This document shows, in pieces, positions 55,022 through 61,111 of a stretch of DNA of 61,111 nt. Each line of letters opens with the position of its first letter. Within the stretch, counting starts at the first letter, position 1. The notes beneath the pieces were generated by a model, which did no database searches, had not been told where the DNA came from, and saw only the letters and a list, made by a program, of their open reading frames with translations. The stretch is from an uncultured Isosphaeraceae bacterium (GTDB taxonomy: Bacteria; Planctomycetota; Phycisphaerae; Phycisphaerales; SM1A02): contig CAZABE010000064.1 in assembly GCA_964483425.1 (NCBI GenBank), positions 1 through 61,111 of the forward strand. Reading direction: 5' to 3'. Made by a program: the position numbers and the translations under genes.

Positions 55022-56311
55022 ATGGCACACGAGCGCCAACGCCTTCATATCTCTTTTGACGCCTCAATCTCAACCGAGATTCGAGAAGTGCTGTCTGAAC
55101 ATTTTGAAATTGTGACCGCAGACGGTGAGAATGATCTAGTTCTAACGGGAGGTGGCGAGATGCAAACAAAGATTAATGCCATCTGTGATGCCGGGATTGA
55201 ACTCACCCAAATTGATGCTTCTACTGTAAAGTCGCTAAATGTAGCTGAACGGCTTCGACTAATGGAAGAAAAAGTAGTTCGGTATGTACACGAACTTTTA
55301 GACATGGATAACTTTGAAATTCGATTGCTTGACCAACGAACAGGCAATCTTGAACTTGTCATCGCTGAAAACCTTACTCCTCTAAAAATCGGAGAAGTCA
55401 TCCAAGCAAAAGAAACCGAAAATGGTATATGTGGAAACGTTGCAGCAACTGGAAAAAGTTATATTTGTCCAGACGTTTCAAAAGAACCGCTTTACAAGCA
55501 AGGGTTGGACTCAGCAGCATCTTCCGTAACAGTTCCCCTTTGGTTGAACGATAGAATAATCGGTGTATTCAACGCTGAGTCCAACAATCTAGACGCTTTT
55601 GACGAAAATGACCGGAGAATGGCGGAAATATTTGGTAGGTATATTGCAAGTGCAATGCACACATTAGATTTACTCGTTATTGAAAGATACACAACCAACG
55701 AACAAGTGGCTTCTACAATCCTTGATGAACTTGAAGATCCCCTTAAGGAAATTAATGAGATTGCTAAATCACTTTTAAAGGCAGATGATGATGCTGGACA
55801 GAAGTTATTTGATACCGCCAAAGAAATAGAACACCGGCTTCAAGCATGTACAGCTGGACCACAAACTATTATTGATGCAGATCGGGCTAACTTCATTAAA
55901 CCAGACGCGACGATGACGGGAAAACGAATTCTAATTGCAGATGACGAAGAGGTAGTACGAGAAGGAGTCGAAGCGGTCTTAATGAAACTCGGGTGCGACG
56001 TAACTGTTTGTCTCGACGGAACTCAAACACTAGAACAACTAAAAGAAACACAGCGAAAAGGCGATCATTACGATCTCATCATTTCAGATATTCGTATGCC
56101 GGGCTGTAATGGGTACGAGATTTTCTCGATTGCTACTCAGATGTGGCCAAATCAACCAGTCGTTCTTATGACTGGTTTTGGATACGATCCGCATCACTCT
56201 ATCATGCGAGCAAGCCAAGAAGGTATGCACACAGTTCTCTTCAAGCCGTTTCGTACTGAACAACTTATCGAGACCGCGAAAAAAGCATGCCGAAAAACCG
56301 CCGGTTGTTAG
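55022..56311 (+). CDS. GAF domain plus C-terminal response-regulator receiver protein
   Basis: GAF-like GNVAATGKSYICPDV...VPLWLNDRIIGVFNAES. Receiver motifs RILIADDEE...DLIISDIRMPGCNG...VVLMTGFG...KPF. No DNA-binding or enzymatic output domain seen. Confidence 0.7.
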   Translation: MAHERQRLHISFDASISTEIREVLSEHFEIVTADGENDLVLTGGGEMQTKINAICDAGIELTQIDASTVKSLNVAERLRLMEEKVVRYVHELLDMDNFEIRLLDQRTGNLELVIAENLTPLKIGEVIQAKETENGICGNVAATGKSYICPDVSKEPLYKQGLDSAASSVTVPLWLNDRIIGVFNAESNNLDAFDENDRRMAEIFGRYIASAMHTLDLLVIERYTTNEQVASTILDELEDPLKEINEIAKSLLKADDDAGQKLFDTAKEIEHRLQACTAGPQTIIDADRANFIKPDATMTGKRILIADDEEVVREGVEAVLMKLGCDVTVCLDGTQTLEQLKETQRKGDHYDLIISDIRMPGCNGYEIFSIATQMWPNQPVVLMTGFGYDPHHSIMRASQEGMHTVLFKPFRTEQLIETAKKACRKTAGC

Positions 56312-56344
56312 TAGTTATCATCAAAACCATTCTACAATTCACGG

Positions 56345-57223
56345 GTGACTCAAGCCAACATCAAACAATGGACAACGCGCAAACTTCTCGACTGGATGAC
56401 CGAGCGTTTTGAATCCAACAATATCGAATCTCCCCGCTTAATATCTGAAATGCTACTTACTCATACTTTCGGAGGTCAGCGAATTGACTTGTACGCAAAC
56501 GTAAACCGTATAGCAACTGAGTCCGAACTAGAAACACTTCGATCTTATGTAAAACGGACCTTAGATAGCGAGCCAGTGCAATACATCGTTGGCAAAACTT
56601 GGTTCTACGGTTTGGAATTCAACGTAAACTCTTCAACTCTAATTCCACGGACTTGTACTGAAACTATTGTGGATCAAGCATTACATGTTGCAAAACAAAC
56701 TTCTTCACCCATTAGAATTGCTGATATAGGAACAGGAACTGGATGTATTGCAGTGACAATTGCTTCGAACAATGGAAAGTGCGAGATAGTCGCGACCGAC
56801 ATCTCATCCAAAGCACTTGATCTTGCAAAAGAGAATGCAGTCAAGCACAAAGTAGATCAGCAAATTGAGTTCAAGGTTGGAGATGGGATCCAAGCGATTT
56901 CATCTCAACCCCACTTTGACATCATCTGCTCAAACCCACCATATATTCCAGACGTTGAGATGAAATCTATCCGTCCGAATGTGCTCCAATGGGAACCAAA
57001 ACTAGCTTTAGAAGGAGGTGAGGATGGTTTACAAATAATTCGTCCATTAATACAGGGTGCTCCAAGTTATCTTGCAGAGGGTGGCACACTCCTAATAGAA
57101 ATCGCTTCAAGCACTCGAGATGCTGTCCTTGACATTGCCAAGGAAAATCCACACCTTAAGGACTCAATAATCCTTCGAGATCGATTTGGCGATGATCGAT
57201 TTTTAAGAGCAACTCGGTGCTAA
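56345..57223 (+). CDS. prmC: release factor glutamine N5-methyltransferase
   Basis: Motifs IADIGTGTGCIAV and SNPPYIP; GTG start. Confidence 0.85.
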   Translation: MTQANIKQWTTRKLLDWMTERFESNNIESPRLISEMLLTHTFGGQRIDLYANVNRIATESELETLRSYVKRTLDSEPVQYIVGKTWFYGLEFNVNSSTLIPRTCTETIVDQALHVAKQTSSPIRIADIGTGTGCIAVTIASNNGKCEIVATDISSKALDLAKENAVKHKVDQQIEFKVGDGIQAISSQPHFDIICSNPPYIPDVEMKSIRPNVLQWEPKLALEGGEDGLQIIRPLIQGAPSYLAEGGTLLIEIASSTRDAVLDIAKENPHLKDSIILRDRFGDDRFLRATRC

Positions 57224-57258
57224 CGAAAACCCTTCTACTTCTATAGAATGCACGTCCT

Positions 57259-60255
57259 ATGGCATTCTTCAAACGAAAATCAACTTCTACTCTCACGCCC
57301 CCTGCTGAAACAAATATACATAGCGTTTTCGATTCTGATACAGAACAGAGAATAATTGAAATTGGAACTCAACTGCTCGATTACGCAAGATCAAAGAAAC
57401 AATCATGGCTATCTACGGCATTTTGGTCTGACAAACTCATGGACTGGGCGATGGAAGATGAGGAATTCAAAATCCAACTCTTTCGTTTCGTTGACACATT
57501 CCCAATGCTCACAACACCTGAGCAAGTTCACGAACATCTTGTAGATTATCTATCTCAACCAAATGTAAAATTACCGCCAGGTCTTGGACTTGGATTAAAA
57601 GCGGGTGGCATTGCTCAAGGCACGATGACAAAAACTGTCACGAGCCAAATTACAAAAATGGCTAAACGGTTTATTGCAGGAACCGACGCTGTTTCAGCAC
57701 TTCCTGAACTCCAAAATATTTGGAAGGAAGGTGTTGCATTTTCCGTTGATCTTCTTGGTGAGGCTTGTGTAAGCGACTCGGAAGCTGAAGAATACCGCCA
57801 GCGCTATTTGGACCTGCTCGTTAACTTGCCAGAGACGGTTTCTTCTTGGGAAGAGACCGAGGTACTTGAGAATGATCACCTTGGCTCAATACCAAGAACA
57901 AATATCTCAATAAAAATTAGTTCCCTCTTCGCAAACACCGATCCAATAGCACACGATTTCTCCGTAGAAGGTCTTTTTGAGGCACTCGAACCAATTCTCA
58001 AAGAAGCCCAGAAGAATGGCACGCTAATTAATTTTGATATGGAGCAGTACGAGTACAAGGATTTAACCCTCGATCTCTTCATGAAGTGTTGTGACGAAAT
58101 CGATTTCACTGCAGGACTTGCGATGCAAGCATATCTGCGTAGCGGTGATGAAGATGCAAAAAGAATAATCGAATGGTCAAAGCGAACGGGTAGAGTTGTA
58201 ACAGTTCGGTTAGTAAAAGGTGCATATTGGGATTACGAAACAATTCACGCTGAGGAAATGGGGTGGCCTGTTCCGGTTTGGAGTCGTAAAGTTGATACCG
58301 ATGCGTGTTTCGAGCGAATGGCGGCTCTATTTATTGAATCAACTCCAAAATCTCAAGACGAATGCGGTATTAAACTCGCTCTTGGTTCTCACAATATTCG
58401 CTCAATTGCAACTGCGATGGCACTACTTGAGAAACACAACTTGCCAATTTCAGCCCTGGAATTACAAATGCTACGAGGAATGGCAGATCAATTGAAGGCT
58501 GGAGTATTAGCAGATGGATTACGCTTACGTGAATATGTTCCTGTTGGAGAAATGATTCCAGGAATGGCTTACCTTGTTCGTCGTCTTCTTGAAAATACAT
58601 CCAACGAATCATGGCTGCGAAGCAGTTTCATGGATGAAGCAGATGCATCAATCCTTCTCGCATCACCACACGTACAGCACACAAATGAAGATCCCGGAGT
58701 TAAACGAATAAAAGGAGCGCCTGAACGTCACCACTTATCTTGCGCGGTTAAAGGCGTAGGAGATGAAAGGCCATTCTTCTCGGAGTCATATCGCGATTTT
58801 TCAAATGCATCAGAACGTGAAGCATTTGCTACCGCCATACATGCATCTTCCGTTCCGAAAGTGACACTTCTTAAAACAAAAGAAGATGCAGAAGAAGTAA
58901 TCGCTCGGGCACACGCAGCATTTCCTGCATGGCGAGACGAAGACCCTCTAGTACGTTCAAACATTCTCGTCAAAGCGGCGAACATCATGAGGCAAAGGCG
59001 AGACGAACTTTGTGGTGTTGTTATGAGGGAAGCAGGCAAAACATGGCGTGAAGCGGATGGTGAAGTTTGCGAGGCGATAGATTTCTGTGAGTACTACGCA
59101 AGGATGTCACCCAAACTTTACGAATACGAACGCCTTGGCGCGTTCATTGGTGAACTTGACCAACAGTTCTACCAGCCAAGAGGTGTTTGCGCTGTCATCA
59201 GCCCATGGAATTTCCCAAGTGCAATTTGCTGTGGCATGACGGTCGCCGCTTTTGTAACAGGCAACACATTACTTGTGAAACCAGCAAGTCAAACAACTGG
59301 CATTGCAAAACTCATTTGTGAAATTCTTTGGGAAGCGGGTGCACCAAGAGACGCATTGCAATATGTAGCGGGTCCCGGTTCAATAATCGGTTCCGCAATG
59401 GTAAGAGATCCAAGAGTTGCCATCATTGCTTTCACTGGTTCCAAGGGTGTCGGTCTAGATATTTTGGAAGCAGCAGGACACGTACCTGAAGGTCAGCCAT
59501 TCGTTAAGAAAGTTGTGTGTGAGATGGGTGGAAAAAACGCAATTATCGTTGATGCTTCGGCAGATCTTGATGAGGCGGTTCTTGGAGTTCGGCAAAGTGC
59601 GTTTGGTTACCAAGGTCAAAAATGTTCTGCATGTAGTCGAGCAATTGTCGTTGACTCTGCTCACGATTTGTTCTTAGAACGGTTAATTGAATCAACAAGG
59701 ACTCTCGTTATCGGTGATGTCATGAACCCAGGAACAGATGTTGGCCCAGTCATTGATGCGAAAGCTGCCGCTGAAATTAAACGTTACATTGAAATCGGTA
59801 AGACAGAGGGCAAGTTAGAACTTGCACAACCAATACCCGAAGGTCTTGAAGAGCAAACAGGTCGTGACTATATAGCGCCGCACATTTTCTCTGGTATAAC
59901 AAAAAATCATGTAATCGCCCAAGAAGAAATATTTGGTCCCGTACTTGCTGTTATGCGAGTAAAAGATTTTGATGAGGCACTAGAAGTTGCAAACTCAACA
60001 GAATATAAATTGACTGGCGCTGTGTATAGCAGGAAACCATCTAACATTGATAAAGCAAGAAAAGAGTTCAGGGTTGGGAATCTCTATATCAACCGCGGCT
60101 CTACCGGAGCACTTGTTGGACGACAACCCTTTGGTGGGTTTGGGATGTCTGGTGTTGGTTCAAAGGCAGGTGGATGTGATTACCTCCTGCAATTTGTTGA
60201 GCCAAGAGCAATCTGTGAAAACACTATGCGACGTGGGTTTGCTCCAGGGCTATAA
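57259..60255 (+). CDS. putA: bifunctional proline dehydrogenase / 1-pyrroline-5-carboxylate dehydrogenase
   Basis: 998 aa. Proline dehydrogenase barrel region (VRLVKGAYWD, YVPVGE..PGMAYLVRRLLEN), then aldehyde dehydrogenase motifs EMGGKNAIIVD and GQKCSACSR. No N-terminal ribbon-helix-helix domain. Confidence 0.85.
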   Translation: MAFFKRKSTSTLTPPAETNIHSVFDSDTEQRIIEIGTQLLDYARSKKQSWLSTAFWSDKLMDWAMEDEEFKIQLFRFVDTFPMLTTPEQVHEHLVDYLSQPNVKLPPGLGLGLKAGGIAQGTMTKTVTSQITKMAKRFIAGTDAVSALPELQNIWKEGVAFSVDLLGEACVSDSEAEEYRQRYLDLLVNLPETVSSWEETEVLENDHLGSIPRTNISIKISSLFANTDPIAHDFSVEGLFEALEPILKEAQKNGTLINFDMEQYEYKDLTLDLFMKCCDEIDFTAGLAMQAYLRSGDEDAKRIIEWSKRTGRVVTVRLVKGAYWDYETIHAEEMGWPVPVWSRKVDTDACFERMAALFIESTPKSQDECGIKLALGSHNIRSIATAMALLEKHNLPISALELQMLRGMADQLKAGVLADGLRLREYVPVGEMIPGMAYLVRRLLENTSNESWLRSSFMDEADASILLASPHVQHTNEDPGVKRIKGAPERHHLSCAVKGVGDERPFFSESYRDFSNASEREAFATAIHASSVPKVTLLKTKEDAEEVIARAHAAFPAWRDEDPLVRSNILVKAANIMRQRRDELCGVVMREAGKTWREADGEVCEAIDFCEYYARMSPKLYEYERLGAFIGELDQQFYQPRGVCAVISPWNFPSAICCGMTVAAFVTGNTLLVKPASQTTGIAKLICEILWEAGAPRDALQYVAGPGSIIGSAMVRDPRVAIIAFTGSKGVGLDILEAAGHVPEGQPFVKKVVCEMGGKNAIIVDASADLDEAVLGVRQSAFGYQGQKCSACSRAIVVDSAHDLFLERLIESTRTLVIGDVMNPGTDVGPVIDAKAAAEIKRYIEIGKTEGKLELAQPIPEGLEEQTGRDYIAPHIFSGITKNHVIAQEEIFGPVLAVMRVKDFDEALEVANSTEYKLTGAVYSRKPSNIDKARKEFRVGNLYINRGSTGALVGRQPFGGFGMSGVGSKAGGCDYLLQFVEPRAICENTMRRGFAPGL

Positions 60256-61111
60256 ACCTATCTGATTTAGGGTTTCTTTTGAGATTGTTTTCCCCACACA
60301 TAATTCTTCGTCGACAACAATATCTGCACCTGCATGCACGAGATGAGCACCATGAATAGAGTATCTCGCCCTTGCAATTATTGGAATTGAAGGAGCAAAT
60401 GCCCTTATTTGTTGAATAGTTTGTGCCGAAGTTCTGTGATCTGGCAATGTACAAACAAGCAATTTTGCTTCTCGGATTCCTGCATGCTCTAAAATTTCTC
60501 GTCTTTGAGCATTACCCAAAACTGAGAATGCTCCATCCTCTTTCGCCTGTTCCACCCCAACTTGCCACAATTCGATAACTAGGACTTGCTGATTTGCCTC
60601 AATTAAATCTTTAACCACTTCTTTCCCTGCAACCCCATACCCAATTACAAGGACGTGGTTGCTCAATGAAGATATCTCTTCGCTTGTATTTTCTATTTGT
60701 TCAACACCAAGGGATGTGTCTATTTTTTTTGCAATAGGTCTCGCTCTTGAAATCAAAAATGGAGTTACCAACAACGTAACCAATGAAGCACTCATCATTA
60801 ACTGAAACAAACCACTATCGATTAATCCTGTTTTCAATGCTTCTGCTCCTATGACAAAACTAAACTCTCCGATTTGTGCAAGGCACAATCCCGCTGCAAT
60901 GGAAACACGTCTAGGTTGCCTACAGAGCGTGGAAAGTACACCTACAATTATTGACTTGCCAACGATAATGCCAACTACGACTCCGATTACAAGAATCCAA
61001 TGAAATGATTCGATAATCCATGGTAAGTCAGCAAGCATTCCCGTACATGCAAAGAATAATGTTAAGAAAATGTATTTAAATGGAGCCATGTCCCCACGAA
61101 TCTGTGAAGCA
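60250..61111 (-). CDS. Kef-type cation/proton antiporter, C-terminal TM segments plus TrkA-N domain; 5' end beyond the window
   Basis: The frame stays open upstream of ATG 61089 to the window edge. Rossmann motif VLVIGYGVAGKEV follows the membrane segments. A 6-nt convergent overlap with putA. Confidence 0.7.
   Translation of the reverse strand, partial: ASQIRGDMAPFKYIFLTLFFACTGMLADLPWIIESFHWILVIGVVVGIIVGKSIIVGVLSTLCRQPRRVSIAAGLCLAQIGEFSFVIGAEALKTGLIDSGLFQLMMSASLVTLLVTPFLISRARPIAKKIDTSLGVEQIENTSEEISSLSNHVLVIGYGVAGKEVVKDLIEANQQVLVIELWQVGVEQAKEDGAFSVLGNAQRREILEHAGIREAKLLVCTLPDHRTSAQTIQQIRAFAPSIPIIARARYSIHGAHLVHAGADIVVDEELCVGKTISKETLNQIGL

Overview
This 61.1-kb window is densely coding chromosomal DNA with about 50 protein genes and one tRNA. 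All calls come from reading the ORF track and the sequence by eye; no searches were run, and coordinates of small motifs were counted by hand. Most genes are housekeeping: polA, mreBCD, lnt, accD, rpe, pgk, miaA, topA, the isoprenoid genes ispG/ispA/dxs, sppA, purN, hpf-ptsN-HPr, gpsA, a class I aldolase, ggt, mnmA, fusA, ribD, prmC and putA. Many neighbours are linked by 1-4 nt stop/start overlaps. Several features suggest a marine member of the PVC superphylum, possibly Planctomycetota/Phycisphaerae-like, but this is inference only. These features are an HX9DG-type pseudopilin-like protein, a DUF4159-like protein, GACC Cys-rich repeats with dockerin-like repeats, a GldA/F/G-like ABC module and weak Shine-Dalgarno usage. 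I found no CRISPR array, transposase, integrase, prophage or recognisable defence system. The least ordinary observations are listed here. (1) A roughly 23-nt palindromic element, TAAAC-(A/G)A(T/C)-CCCGCGGG-N3-GTTTA, occurs at seven or more intergenic sites; it often supplies the TAA stop codon of the flanking gene and occurs once as a tandem pair in a divergent promoter region. (2) A 25-bp exact direct repeat at the 3' end of tRNA-Asp brackets a 143-bp cassette of four hairpins, next to a decayed beta-helix gene. (3) An orphan ExbB/TolQ-like gene is translationally coupled to a TraB/GumN-like gene carrying an embedded GspG-like pseudopilin domain, and this pair is convergent with a pseudopilin-like gene that is itself coupled to ispG. 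(4) A transmembrane coiled-coil protein and a 60-aa membrane protein head the mreBCD-polA gene string. (5) A 309-bp leader behind a near-consensus promoter precedes a stand-alone fusA. (6) A P1B-like ATPase has CPG in place of the CPC motif and lacks an N-terminal metal-binding domain. None of these can be called a new system from sequence alone.
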